From assembly GCA_017463125.1 (NCBI GenBank), contig JAFTPV010000005.1:7519-71518 (forward strand): 64,000 nucleotides of DNA. The letters run 5' to 3'. The DNA comes from Clostridia bacterium. GTDB taxonomy: Bacteria > Bacillota > Clostridia > Oscillospirales > CAG-272. The translations under genes and the position numbers were made by a program. The notes beneath the pieces were generated by a model, which was given only the letters and a program-made list of their open reading frames with translations, made no database searches and had not been told where the DNA came from. Below are positions 31,391-41,356 of the stretch, piece by piece (within the stretch, counting starts at the first letter, position 1; every line of letters begins with the position of its first letter).

Positions 31391-33982
31391 TCACCTCATA
31401 TATTCCTCTATCTTTTCTCTTATCAGCTCGACTGTATTCTGAAGCTCCTGCCAAAATTCAGACGTGCTGACGCGCAGTCCGCCGCTGCCGAGAATGATAA
31501 GCTGCTCTTGCAGGTCTGCCGTCACGACTCTGACGCTGTGGTCTGCTGCCATCTCGTAGGTCGTACGCTCAATAAAGGCGTCGGCAGTCTGCGACTCCTT
31601 GGTATAAACCACAGTGACCGGTCCTATGACCTCCTCGCTCCCCTCTCCGCCCTTGCGCTTATATGCATCAAAGACGACAATAGCCTTCGATTTATGATAT
31701 GAGGAATAGTCACACATCATTCTGACAAGAACATCCCTGGCTCTTGCAAAGTCGCTTTCTGCAATCTTTTGAAGCTCATCTGTAGCGAAGATGAAGTTAT
31801 ATCCGTCTATTATAACGAAGTCGTCACCGCGCGCCTTTTGCTTTTTCGGTCTTTCTCGCTTCTCGACAGGCTTTGCGGCATTTTCCACCCTCTCGGCAAC
31901 CCGCCTTGGCTTCACCTTGCCGTAGGTGCTCTCGAAGATACGCATAAGCTCCTTATCCTCCTCGAGCGTTCCTCGATAGTCAAGCCGCTTTGCCACCTTT
32001 GGCGCCGCGCTGTCCTCTTCGGTAAAAGTCCTTTTCTCACCCGGGAGAGCAACGTGCATAAGAGCGTCCGCCTCGTCCCAGGGAACAGAATAGCCTGCTC
32101 CCGCCTTGCAGAAAACGGAGCCTGCGGGGTTGCGCTCGTCAAGAGTCGGGTCGTAGCCTATCCTTGCTATTACCTCCTCTGCATTGTGGCAGGGAGCGTA
32201 CTCGCCGACCGTCAGGGCTATTTTGCCCTCCCCTTTAGTAAACGCACGAATCTCGGAGGCGTAGGAGCGCATGGTTGATACGGGGCAGTTGCCCTCGATA
32301 ATGGCACTATCCCCAATAAACTCGGGCGGCTCCATAGTTCCGTGCATATTCGTAATATCCGTCATAACTCTGCCGACGCTGTCGGCGGGTAGCTCAATTC
32401 TGAAATCAAATGTAGGCTCAAGCAACACTCCGCCGTCCTTCATTAATCCCTGCCTTATCGCTCTGTACGTTGCCTGACGAAAATCTCCGCCCTCGGTGTG
32501 CTTCGGGTGTGCTCTGCCGGCAATGACGGTTATCTTGACGTCGGTTAATGGCGAGCCTGTCAGCACTCCTCTATGTAATCTCTCCTCTATATGAGTGAGT
32601 ATCAGCCTCTGCCACCCTCGCCCGAGAGTATCAACCGAGCATTCACTCGCCGTAACTATTCCGCTGCCGTAAGGCAGAGGCTCGATACGCAAATGCACCT
32701 CAGCGTAATGGCGCAGTGGCTCAAAATGACCTCTGCCAATCACCGTGTCCGACACGGTTTCCTTATACAGTATGCTTCCCTCATCAAAGCTGACGGATAT
32801 GCCGAAGCGGTCGAGTATCACGCGCGTCAGCACCTCGAGCTGTATCTCCCCCATAAGCCGCACGCGTATCTCGTGCGTGCGATTGTCGTAGGAGAGTGCG
32901 AGTGCCGGGTCCTCCTCCGTCAGAGCCATGAGGCGCATATACGTTTCGTAGGGACTGACGCCTCCCGGCAGTATCATTCTATAATCAAAAACCGGCGTGA
33001 GAGCAGTTTCGTCGTCCCCCTCCGAGCCGATACCCATACCTGCCCCGGTCGATACAGGACCGAGCACGGCACAAACGACGCCCGCCTCTGCTGTCGAAAC
33101 GCTTTTATATTTATCACCGGAATAGATTCTTATTTCCTCAATCTTTTCGCATATCTGCTCGCCGGATTTATCGGTAAAGGTAATAGTGTCCTTGGTTTTA
33201 AGCCTTCCGCCTGTCACCTTAAGGTAGGTCAGGCGCTTTCCTTGATTATCTCTTGCAATCTTGTATACTTTTGCGCCTAGGACGGTTTCTGAATAATTTT
33301 TCGGTACGATATACTTATCAAGCGCGAAGAGAAATTCGTCAACGCCGGTAAGCTTTAGCGCGGAGCCGAAGAAGCAGGGGAAAATTCTGCGCTTCAAAAT
33401 TGAATGGGCAATATCCTCTGCCGAAACGCGCTCACGCTCGAAAAACTGCTCCATAAGGCGCTCGTCGCATCCTGCAACAGACTCGTAAAAGGCGGTAGTG
33501 CCGTCACAGGTAAAGTCAACGCAGCCACCCGAGAGAACGGTTCTCAGTTCTTCTATAAGAGCGTCGCGGCGTCTGTCCGAAATGTCAAGCTTGTTTACGA
33601 AAATAAACGTGGGAATACGCCTTGCGGCAAGAAGGTGCCATAGCGTCTTTGTGTGCGCCGTAACACCGTCGGTCGCGCTGATTATCAAAACGGCGTAATC
33701 CTGTACCGACAGAGCGCGCTCTGTCTCGCAGGAAAAATCAATATGTCCCGGGGTATCAATCAAGGTGAGTGACATACTCTCAAGCTCGAGAGATGCCTGC
33801 TTTGAAAACACGGTGATGCCCCTCTCCCTCTCGATAGCGTGAGTGTCAAGATACGCGTCACCCTTGTCAACTCTGCCGAGTCTTGACACAGCGCCCGACC
33901 TATATAAAAGAGCCTCTGTCAACGTGGTCTTGCCCGCATCAACGTGGGCTAGTATTCCGACGACGCACCTTTTCACCCTCAC
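31391..33982 (-). CDS. TetM/EF-G-like translational GTPase with C-terminal NYN (YacP-like) RNase domain
   Basis: AHVDAGKTT, ERERGIT, DTPGH, NKLD; C-terminal IIDGYN...VVFDAY...TADAFIE...VVTAD. Confidence 0.88.
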   Translation of the reverse strand: MRVKRCVVGILAHVDAGKTTLTEALLYRSGAVSRLGRVDKGDAYLDTHAIERERGITVFSKQASLELESMSLTLIDTPGHIDFSCETERALSVQDYAVLIISATDGVTAHTKTLWHLLAARRIPTFIFVNKLDISDRRRDALIEELRTVLSGGCVDFTCDGTTAFYESVAGCDERLMEQFFERERVSAEDIAHSILKRRIFPCFFGSALKLTGVDEFLFALDKYIVPKNYSETVLGAKVYKIARDNQGKRLTYLKVTGGRLKTKDTITFTDKSGEQICEKIEEIRIYSGDKYKSVSTAEAGVVCAVLGPVSTGAGMGIGSEGDDETALTPVFDYRMILPGGVSPYETYMRLMALTEEDPALALSYDNRTHEIRVRLMGEIQLEVLTRVILDRFGISVSFDEGSILYKETVSDTVIGRGHFEPLRHYAEVHLRIEPLPYGSGIVTASECSVDTLGRGWQRLILTHIEERLHRGVLTGSPLTDVKITVIAGRAHPKHTEGGDFRQATYRAIRQGLMKDGGVLLEPTFDFRIELPADSVGRVMTDITNMHGTMEPPEFIGDSAIIEGNCPVSTMRSYASEIRAFTKGEGKIALTVGEYAPCHNAEEVIARIGYDPTLDERNPAGSVFCKAGAGYSVPWDEADALMHVALPGEKRTFTEEDSAAPKVAKRLDYRGTLEEDKELMRIFESTYGKVKPRRVAERVENAAKPVEKRERPKKQKARGDDFVIIDGYNFIFATDELQKIAESDFARARDVLVRMMCDYSSYHKSKAIVVFDAYKRKGGEGSEEVIGPVTVVYTKESQTADAFIERTTYEMAADHSVRVVTADLQEQLIILGSGGLRVSTSEFWQELQNTVELIREKIEEYMR

Positions 33983-33988
33983 ACCTCC

Positions 33989-34864
33989 TTAAAGTCTTTT
34001 TAAGTAATAAATCTTCCCGTCCTGACGGGCATATTCCTCAAAGCAAGCCGATAAAATATGGCTTGATACGGAATTTCTATCGTCAACTCTTGCGTAAAGA
34101 GTGCCTATTTCTATATTCTCTGCAAGCCTTACAAGAAGCTCCATAGTTCTCCTGCCAAGGCCCCTTCCCTGATATTCACGGGAAATCTTAAATGCTATCT
34201 CGCACCCTCCCATAAGGTCAAAGCCCCATAGGACTCCCTCTCCGATAAGGGTGCCACCGTAATATACACCGAGAGTCAGCGATACGCCGTCCTCAAAGCC
34301 GCGCTTTGCGCTATCGTAAAAATATCTGTCAGAGGAAGCCTGCGGGTCATCTCTATAATCGTAGCCCCAATATTTATTCAGCTCGGCGTCACGTTGGAGG
34401 CGAGCGTATTCGAGTATATCCTCCTCCTTTAGAGCAGAGAGGCTTATCACCCCGTCACAAATTTCAGGCTCGCTATCGAGCAGAGCGCACTCGCTGATAA
34501 CGTTTACCGCATAGCACTCACCGTCAAAATATTCTCGGGTGTGGGTAAACAGCTCTGCCACCTCGTCGATACATTCGGGGGGAATATCGCATATTACGAG
34601 AGGCAGCTCCTCCTTTTTTGCATATTCCGAAAGACGTGTAAGTGCCTCCGTATCATCGGCAGCGTCAGAGAGCGCTATGGGATACACGAAGGAGTATTCT
34701 CCGTCTGCAAAAAGCCTAATAAACAGGTGAGTAGGAGAAAGAGCGTAGCAAACCTCCACCCCATCGTCTGTGGCGGGCAAAAATGAGGCGAGCACCTCGC
34801 GTGAGTAATCGTCAAAGGAATCATCCGAAACAGTCTTTTTGTCCAGTAAGGTAAAGTGAAGCAT
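33989..34864 (-). CDS. GNAT (RimJ-like) acetyltransferase
   Basis: EIAFKISREYQGRGLG acetyl-CoA motif, N..S. Confidence 0.75.
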   Translation of the reverse strand: MLHFTLLDKKTVSDDSFDDYSREVLASFLPATDDGVEVCYALSPTHLFIRLFADGEYSFVYPIALSDAADDTEALTRLSEYAKKEELPLVICDIPPECIDEVAELFTHTREYFDGECYAVNVISECALLDSEPEICDGVISLSALKEEDILEYARLQRDAELNKYWGYDYRDDPQASSDRYFYDSAKRGFEDGVSLTLGVYYGGTLIGEGVLWGFDLMGGCEIAFKISREYQGRGLGRRTMELLVRLAENIEIGTLYARVDDRNSVSSHILSACFEEYARQDGKIYYLKRL

Positions 34865-36363
34865 CAGAACGACTCCTCCCGCCCGTCTATCTTGATAGAG
34901 AGCCTTGCGACAAAGCTGCCCGCCCTCTCCTCCGTAACGAACTCCTCCACGACGAAGGGAGCCAGACGCTTGCAGGTTTTCAGTCCAATGCCGTTACTCT
35001 CCGCCTCCGAGCGATTTTCCTTTATCTTATTTTTCGCTTCGAAGATTACCCTTTTGGGTCCTATATCTATCAAGAAAAGCACGGGGTTTGATTTATCCGC
35101 ATATTTATAAATGTTTGAGAAAATATTGTCCACGATACGCATAAGCTTCGGTGCATCGGTAGTAACCGTTGCCCCCTTGGGCAGTGGCTCTTCCCTTCTG
35201 TCCAGCTTAACGGTATATCCGTTCTCCGAAAGCAAAAGTATATGCTCAGAGAGTATCTGGTCCGTCAAAGTCAGGGCGTCGTACGGCACGAGCTTTATGT
35301 TTTCCTTCATATTGCCGAATGCCAAGGAATAGTTAAACATATCGTCGGAAAGGGTTTTAAGCCTCATAGCAGTATTTTCCGATGCCAGAACGTACGCGCG
35401 CATCTGCTCGCTCTCTGCGCACTCCTTCATAATATCAAGGTAGCCAAGCAGAACAGTCAGGGGCGTCCTTATATCGTGGGACATAGCGGTTATAAGCTCG
35501 GTGTTTGCCTCCCTTGCCTCCCGCTCCTCTCTCGTGCTATCGAGGATAGCGCATCTCATATTTTCTACGTTTTTAGACAGCCTTGATATTTCGTCGTAGC
35601 CGTCGGAGAGTATCGGACGGTTCATATTTCCGCCGGCAACCATCATAACCTCGCGCTCAAGGCGCTTTATCCGTGAAATAACCGTTCTGAAATAAAGTAT
35701 GATTATCAAAGCCAGAGACAAAAATGCTGCAAGTAGCCCGGCTATGTTAAAAACGTCGTAATAAAAATATTCCGAAAACTCGGCAACCGAGGCAAAGAGT
35801 ATACCGTCCGAGAGCTCAAGCTCGTAAAAGTCGTTTTCCTCCGCATATTGCTTGAGCTCCTCTCTTGTGGGGTAATCAACGGTTATTCCCGAGCCGAAAA
35901 TATCGTCAAGAGCATCGTCCTTTGAATCGGAACTATCCGTGACCCCATCTCCACTCTCTTCTTTAGACTCCGAGGAGGACTCTCCCGAGGCACCGTCTTG
36001 CGTCGGGGTTTTATCCTCCGCGTCGGGAATCATATCCGAGGAGAAGAACAGCTCGTTATCACGGTAGAGCAAAAGATATACGTATTTATGGGACTTGGCA
36101 AATCCCGCTATTCTGTCGGTATCCTCCGAGGAAAGCTGATTTTTGTCAACAAAAGATTGCAAATTCGCAATATAGCTCTCTTCTCTCTCGCTCCTGCCCT
36201 CGTCGGTAACGTAGTAATTGCTTATATAATAATTTGAACCGGCCCTCATCAGCATATATATTAAAACGGCAACGATAATAGCCGCGCCGATAATCATTAC
36301 CAGCTGTAGATACAGAGAATGGAAGGGGCGGTGCCTCTTGCTTTTTTTCGTTACGTTAATCAA
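34864..36363 (-). CDS. Sensor histidine kinase (HAMP-HisKA)
   Basis: Two TM helices, DEISRL HAMP, MSHDIRTPLT H-box, NIFSNIYKYA, GIGL. Confidence 0.93.
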   Translation of the reverse strand: MINVTKKSKRHRPFHSLYLQLVMIIGAAIIVAVLIYMLMRAGSNYYISNYYVTDEGRSEREESYIANLQSFVDKNQLSSEDTDRIAGFAKSHKYVYLLLYRDNELFFSSDMIPDAEDKTPTQDGASGESSSESKEESGDGVTDSSDSKDDALDDIFGSGITVDYPTREELKQYAEENDFYELELSDGILFASVAEFSEYFYYDVFNIAGLLAAFLSLALIIILYFRTVISRIKRLEREVMMVAGGNMNRPILSDGYDEISRLSKNVENMRCAILDSTREEREAREANTELITAMSHDIRTPLTVLLGYLDIMKECAESEQMRAYVLASENTAMRLKTLSDDMFNYSLAFGNMKENIKLVPYDALTLTDQILSEHILLLSENGYTVKLDRREEPLPKGATVTTDAPKLMRIVDNIFSNIYKYADKSNPVLFLIDIGPKRVIFEAKNKIKENRSEAESNGIGLKTCKRLAPFVVEEFVTEERAGSFVARLSIKIDGREESF

Positions 36364-37045
36364 TCTGGTAGCCCTTTCCCCAAACGGTTCGTATTATTTT
36401 CGGGTCAGCTGGGTCGTCCTCGAGCTTTCTGCGTAGGTTAAGGATATGGACGGTTATGGTATTGTTAGACGACGGGAGTGCCATCTCGCCCCAAACACCC
36501 TGGTACAGCTCGGCGGGACCGACCACCCTGCCTCGATTTTTAGCAAGATAAATCAGCACCTCAAGCTCTTTGTCCCTGACGTCAACGGCGTTTCCGTTCT
36601 TGTAAACCTCACGCCCCTCGGGAAATAGAGTTACACCGCAACGCAGGCGCACCTGCTCGCCGCTCTCTGCCTTTGCACTATAGCTATTGTATCTTCTGGT
36701 AAGGGCGTCAACCTTCATAAGCAGCTCCTTTGATGAAAAGGGCTTTACGAGATAGTCGTCACCGCCCTCGCCGTACGCCTCCTCCTTGTCACTGTCAAGC
36801 GACTTCGCAGTAAGGAAAAGTATCGGCACGGCAGAGAATTTTCTTATACCTGCGGTGGCCGCAACGCCATTCATCACAGGCATCATTATATCCATAATAC
36901 AAAGGTCAACAGTCTTGTCCTCGCGCACAGCATTTATCGCGCTCTCGCCATCGGGCGCTTCAATAACGGAGTGTCCGGCATTCTCAAGAAGCAATCTTAA
37001 TATATTTCTGATTTCTATCTCATCGTCAACTACAAGTATTTTCAT
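36356..37045 (-). CDS. OmpR-family response regulator
   Basis: ILVVDDE, DIMMP, GDDYLVKPF, TVHILNLRRK, TVWGKGY. Confidence 0.96.
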   Translation of the reverse strand: MKILVVDDEIEIRNILRLLLENAGHSVIEAPDGESAINAVREDKTVDLCIMDIMMPVMNGVAATAGIRKFSAVPILFLTAKSLDSDKEEAYGEGGDDYLVKPFSSKELLMKVDALTRRYNSYSAKAESGEQVRLRCGVTLFPEGREVYKNGNAVDVRDKELEVLIYLAKNRGRVVGPAELYQGVWGEMALPSSNNTITVHILNLRRKLEDDPADPKIIRTVWGKGYQID

Positions 37046-37189
37046 CAGGTCCTCCGTTTTGATATTTTATAATTAGCACATATTCTACCGATTATAATTA
37101 TATCATAAAATATTTTGATATGCAAGGAAATAATTCAAAAGTCACAAACTTTAACAAAAAGTTGAGGCTCTGTTCATAAGGAGCGCAGT

Positions 37190-37224
37190 AAAAAATACAG
37201 CAGGCCGATATCAGCCTGCTGTAC
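37190..37224 (-). terminator. Terminator downstream of rubrerythrin
   Basis: TACAGCAGGC...GCCTGCTGTA stem with an A-run on the left. Confidence 0.75.
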
Positions 37225-37240
37225 AAAGCTCTATTATTAA

Positions 37241-37774
37241 TTAATAATTCTCTTTTCTAACCTCGAAGAAGCTCTGGGGATGAGCGCAAACGGCACATGC
37301 TGCAGGAGCCTTTGTTCCCATTACGAGATGGCCGCAGTTACGGCACTCCCACATAGTCATCTCACTCTTCTCAAATACCTTCTGCATTTCTACGTTAGAG
37401 AGAAGCTTTCTGTATCTCTCCTCGTGTGCCTTCTCTACTGCTGCAACGGCTCTGAACTGATTTGCAATAGCCTTGAAGCCCTCTTCCTCTGCCTCCTTTG
37501 CAAAGGTGGCGTACATATCGGTCCACTCGTAGTTCTCGCCCTCTGCTGCTGCAAGAAGGTTTGCCGCAGTGTCAGAAAGACCGCCGAGATGCTTGAACCA
37601 AAGCTTTGCATGCTCCTTCTCGTTATCTGCTGTCTTGAGGAAGATCTCTGCGATCTGCTCGTAGCCCTCCTTCTTCGCAACGGATGCGAAATATGTGTAC
37701 TTGTTTCTCGCCTGCGACTCACCGGCGAAGGCAGTCATAAGATTCTGTTCTGTTTTTGTTCCCTTAAGATTCAT
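37241..37774 (-). CDS. rbr: Rubrerythrin
   Basis: [33 protein letters not shown]...CAVC. Confidence 0.96.
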   Translation of the reverse strand: MNLKGTKTEQNLMTAFAGESQARNKYTYFASVAKKEGYEQIAEIFLKTADNEKEHAKLWFKHLGGLSDTAANLLAAAEGENYEWTDMYATFAKEAEEEGFKAIANQFRAVAAVEKAHEERYRKLLSNVEMQKVFEKSEMTMWECRNCGHLVMGTKAPAACAVCAHPQSFFEVRKENY

Positions 37775-37814
37775 TGTTTTTTCTCCTTAATATGTTGTTT
37801 TTTATAATAATTGT

Positions 37815-38195
37815 TTACATTTTTGGCGTTTCAACCATTTTTTTGCATTCTTTACAAATGTATCTGACCTTCAACTCGTAGGAGTCTATCTCTCCATCAG
37901 CAACCGCGCAAAGATGCTCGGTAAAGCTCGGTAGCTCAAAGTCCGTAATTTTTGCACACCGGGTGCAGTAAAGATGCCCGTGCGGTATATAAGAGCTGTC
38001 GTATCTGTCGGAGGAGTCCTCTGCGGTTATGCGCCTTATCAGTCTGTCCCGCTCAAGAGCATGTAAGCTATTGTAGACGGTTGCTCTGGAGATCGTTGGC
38101 AGGATAAGCTTCGCTTCCGTAAATATCTCTTCCGCCGTATAATGACATCCCTTTCGGCTGACAACGCTAAGCACTGCCGCCCGCTGTCTTGTCAC
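37815..38195 (-). CDS. Fur-family (PerR-like) regulator
   Basis: TRQR, H.TAEEI, SRATVYNSL, H.H..C..C, C..C; upstream of rubrerythrin. Confidence 0.9.
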   Translation of the reverse strand: MTRQRAAVLSVVSRKGCHYTAEEIFTEAKLILPTISRATVYNSLHALERDRLIRRITAEDSSDRYDSSYIPHGHLYCTRCAKITDFELPSFTEHLCAVADGEIDSYELKVRYICKECKKMVETPKM

Positions 38196-38232
38196 AAAAT
38201 CCCCCCTAATTGATATTATTAGACTTCATTTT

Positions 38233-38247
38233 TTAGAATCAGTCTAA
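38233..38247. promoter_or_regulatory. Per/Fur-box-like 7-1-7 palindrome
   Basis: TTAGAAT-C-AGTCTAA immediately downstream of the -10 box; resembles the Per box TTATAATNATTATAA. Confidence 0.6.
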
Positions 38248-38251
38248 AAAT

Positions 38252-38280
38252 ATTATAACAGGGAATTTGTGTTTTGTCAA
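38252..38280 (-). promoter_or_regulatory. Consensus sigma-A promoter of the Fur-like/rbr operon
   Basis: TTGACA-17 nt-TATAAT with extended TG. Confidence 0.85.
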
Positions 38281-38316
38281 TAGTTTTGCCAAAAAAATTA
38301 GATTTATTCTAAAATT

Positions 38317-39543
38317 TTATTCTTTATTTTCTTCATTTACCTCGGGAGCCTCGTCTGCATCCGTCTGCTCGGCCTCAGCCTCTGTCTCGGTAGCCGTTTC
38401 CTCTGCCTCTACTGCGGATACAACTTCTTCCTCTGCCACCTCGGCTTCTGCTTCTGTCGTAGCTTCCTCATCTGCCGCCTCTGCTTCTGCTTCGGTAGCC
38501 GTTTCTTCTGCCTCGTCTGTCTGCTGAACGTCGGTCTGTACGGCTTCTTCAGGGGCTTTCTCAACTGCGGGCAAGGTATTTGCCTCCTCGAGTGCTCTCG
38601 GGTCTATTACAAATTCTGCAAGCTTCAGAAGAGCATCTCTTATGATCTCGATGTTGTTTCCGCTGCACTCGGTATCGTTATTAGAGTTTAGATTTGCTAA
38701 ATACAGGAAGCCCAGCTTTGAGCGCTTAAAGGCGCTGACGCAGATCGAGGTCTTGAACTTCTTGTGGTCGGAGGGTATGCTGACGCCTCCCGCACATACC
38801 TCAAAGCCGTTTTTATTATCAAAGGCTGCTTCGATTATCGGTCTATACTTTTTCGACTTTGCATGCTTGTGGAGTGAAACGACTATTTCATCTCCAACAC
38901 CTACGCTGTCAAGATTTACGATAAGCTTCTTCTTAAGGTGCTTTTTATGCCTTTTTGCAAACTCGGCAGATCCTACGCAGCCAATGTCGTGAAGGTCAAA
39001 GAGAACGAAGGCGGTACGGTTGCGGTACTCCTCGGGCATATTCGACATAAGCTCAACGATGGTAGCAACGCCTGACGTATTTGAATTTGCAGAATTATCA
39101 CGCGAGCGACCCGAAACGGTGAGGATCATCGTGCCGACGAAGGCAGCGAATGCGAGAATAATGGATATAAGCATCGTGATGCTTGCAGGAATGGGAGCAA
39201 GCGAAAGGAGCAGATAAGGAACGGCAAAACCGAGCGCTCCTGCGGCAAGGTTGACCAGAGCAATAAGCACCTGGTAAAGCGTTGTCAGAACGGGTATGCT
39301 TGGTGTAACAAAGCTAGGAAGAAGGGACGCCGATGAGGTATCGTAATACGCGGTATAAACGATCTCCGACTCGGCAAGATCACCGATTATAATATTTCTT
39401 GCATGGGATTTTGATTTATCCACACTGCTGAGATACCCTGCGCTTGCAGCAAGCGAACAGATGTACTGAATGAATGAGGTTTTTTCTTTTTTTGTTCTCC
39501 TTGCCTGATATTTGGAAAACAGCTCGTTAGTCTTTGCCGTCAT
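38317..39543 (-). CDS. Membrane M28 peptidase-like protein (degenerate) with acidic C-terminal tail
   Basis: NIIIG...TAYYDT, 2 TM helices, ANSNTSG, VNLDSVG, SDH; Glu/Ala/Thr-rich tail. Confidence 0.65.
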   Translation of the reverse strand: MTAKTNELFSKYQARRTKKEKTSFIQYICSLAASAGYLSSVDKSKSHARNIIIGDLAESEIVYTAYYDTSSASLLPSFVTPSIPVLTTLYQVLIALVNLAAGALGFAVPYLLLSLAPIPASITMLISIILAFAAFVGTMILTVSGRSRDNSANSNTSGVATIVELMSNMPEEYRNRTAFVLFDLHDIGCVGSAEFAKRHKKHLKKKLIVNLDSVGVGDEIVVSLHKHAKSKKYRPIIEAAFDNKNGFEVCAGGVSIPSDHKKFKTSICVSAFKRSKLGFLYLANLNSNNDTECSGNNIEIIRDALLKLAEFVIDPRALEEANTLPAVEKAPEEAVQTDVQQTDEAEETATEAEAEAADEEATTEAEAEVAEEEVVSAVEAEETATETEAEAEQTDADEAPEVNEENKE

Positions 39544-39646
39544 AAAAATTCTCCTAAAAATAGTATTATAAGAAGATTATAGCAGAGTATTTGAAAAAAG
39601 TCAAGAAAGATGACGTTTTTTCACCCTTCTTGACTGATTTTTTCGG

Positions 39647-41212
39647 TTATTTTCTTTTAATAAAATAAGGAAGAGTTTCGATAGGAGCATCAACCGTGAC
39701 GATTCTTCCGCCCTCGTACTCGATTTTTCCAAGATAAAGCCAATTTCCAAGCGGAAGATGAACCGTGCGTACGACCTCGCCCTTTTTGATAACGGGAGCA
39801 ACCAAGACGTCCGAGCCAAGCATAAACTGATCCTCTATCTCTGCATACGAGCAATACGGGAACTCATATTCCATATGTCTGATTATCGGCTCTCCGCTGA
39901 GGGCGGACTCTCTGACAAGCGCGCTTATATATTCCGCAAACTCCTCGTGCAGCCTCGCCGCCTCAAGAGAGAGGCGTGCCATCGTGCTATCAAGCACGCG
40001 CCAAGGAGCCCACGAGAACTGCATCATCGGAAAGAGCGCCGAGCACTGTGCCATTCTGACAATCAGCTCTCCGTCAATCTTAAAGCCGCGTTGGTAATTC
40101 AGCGACCATTCTCCGCCGCCTATCATATCCGGGCAAATGAAGGGATGACCGATAAGACCTTGGCAAAGCGCTGCGGGAATAAGGGAACCAAGACCGTACT
40201 CGCTGTCCCAGGAATGAAGCCTATCCCTTATTCTCTGTATCGTAGGCTTTCCGCCGCCTCCGAAGGTGTCCTTATACTCGTGATACTCGTATTCAGCACC
40301 AAAGTCGCACCATGCCCTATTCAGCTCTTTTGGCGTGTATTTCGTTTGGGTGCCGTTCACTATGTTTGCTTCGTTATACGCGCTTATATTTCCGCCGTCG
40401 AACTTAAATCCGTCAATACCGTAGGTCTGCATCAGGAAATCGAGCTTGCTCTTAAGAAATTCCCTGTCCTCAGCCTTACACATATTCAGCATAGCGCTAT
40501 AACCGTTCCACCAATGAACGAGTGCCACACTGCCGTCATCTGTACGCAGAAAATAATTATTTTCTCCTCCGCCTCCTGTGAGGAATTTACGGTCAGGCTC
40601 GGTTGAGATTATAAAATCCTTGCCGTCTGCCGTAACCATAGGCACGACCCAAAGCATAACCTTGAAGCCTAGGGCGTGAAGCTCGTCTACCATAGCCTTC
40701 GGGTCCGGGAATTTTGTAAAATCAAATTCCCAAAGTCCGTAACGCGTATGCCACCCCTCGTCAATCATTATTATGCCTGCGGGATAGCCGTTCTTTACGA
40801 TGTTTCTCGCATACTCGAGAACGCCCTCTTGAGTCTGGTTATAATCCATCTCCATCCAGGTGTTGTACTGTGCGGTGGCAAAAAATTTCATAGGCGGTAT
40901 CTTCCCGCTAAATGGAAAATGCTTTTTCATTGCGTAAAGATAAGCATCTTTCAGCGTGTTTCCGCATTTCTTTATGATTATTTCAGACGGTCCCTTGCAG
41001 GCGATAACGCCGTCGTGTACGCTGACGGTGAAAGGCTCGGCAGACCATATATATCTTCCCATAGAGGAAAGGAACAGGGGCATAGTCTGATTATAAGCCG
41101 CGTTCATATCAAGCTCATAAAACGACTTTTTAGTAATAGGGAGCTTACAGGTCATAGCGGTGGAGCCGCCCCACCAATATTCGTCATCAAGAATTACCGC
41201 GTTAAGTTTCAT
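39647..41212 (-). CDS. GH31-family glycoside hydrolase
   Basis: QYNTW, IMIDEGW, KFPDPK, GIDGFKFDGG nucleophile motif, PDMIGG, DQFMLG..VLVAPV; start at MKLNA after AGGA RBS. Confidence 0.88.
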   Translation of the reverse strand: MKLNAVILDDEYWWGGSTAMTCKLPITKKSFYELDMNAAYNQTMPLFLSSMGRYIWSAEPFTVSVHDGVIACKGPSEIIIKKCGNTLKDAYLYAMKKHFPFSGKIPPMKFFATAQYNTWMEMDYNQTQEGVLEYARNIVKNGYPAGIIMIDEGWHTRYGLWEFDFTKFPDPKAMVDELHALGFKVMLWVVPMVTADGKDFIISTEPDRKFLTGGGGENNYFLRTDDGSVALVHWWNGYSAMLNMCKAEDREFLKSKLDFLMQTYGIDGFKFDGGNISAYNEANIVNGTQTKYTPKELNRAWCDFGAEYEYHEYKDTFGGGGKPTIQRIRDRLHSWDSEYGLGSLIPAALCQGLIGHPFICPDMIGGGEWSLNYQRGFKIDGELIVRMAQCSALFPMMQFSWAPWRVLDSTMARLSLEAARLHEEFAEYISALVRESALSGEPIIRHMEYEFPYCSYAEIEDQFMLGSDVLVAPVIKKGEVVRTVHLPLGNWLYLGKIEYEGGRIVTVDAPIETLPYFIKRK

Positions 41213-41356
41213 TGCCTTTCTCCTAAACAAAATATTATACCTAAAACCAAGAGAATCTTATATTTGTCATTTTATCACAAAAAAATCTTAAAAACCATTG
41301 ATTTTCGCGTCATAAATATGTTAAAATGTTGTTTAGATACAAACGGAGGAGCTTTT

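Noticed and set aside
31391-33982. Tetracycline resistance gene (tetM/tetO/tetW)
   Set aside because: Much longer than ribosomal protection proteins, has a NYN domain and sits in a housekeeping operon with no mobile context
40676-41356. N-terminal 227-aa extension of the AraC ORF
   Set aside because: Antisense to the GH31 gene; a strong RBS supports ATG 41357
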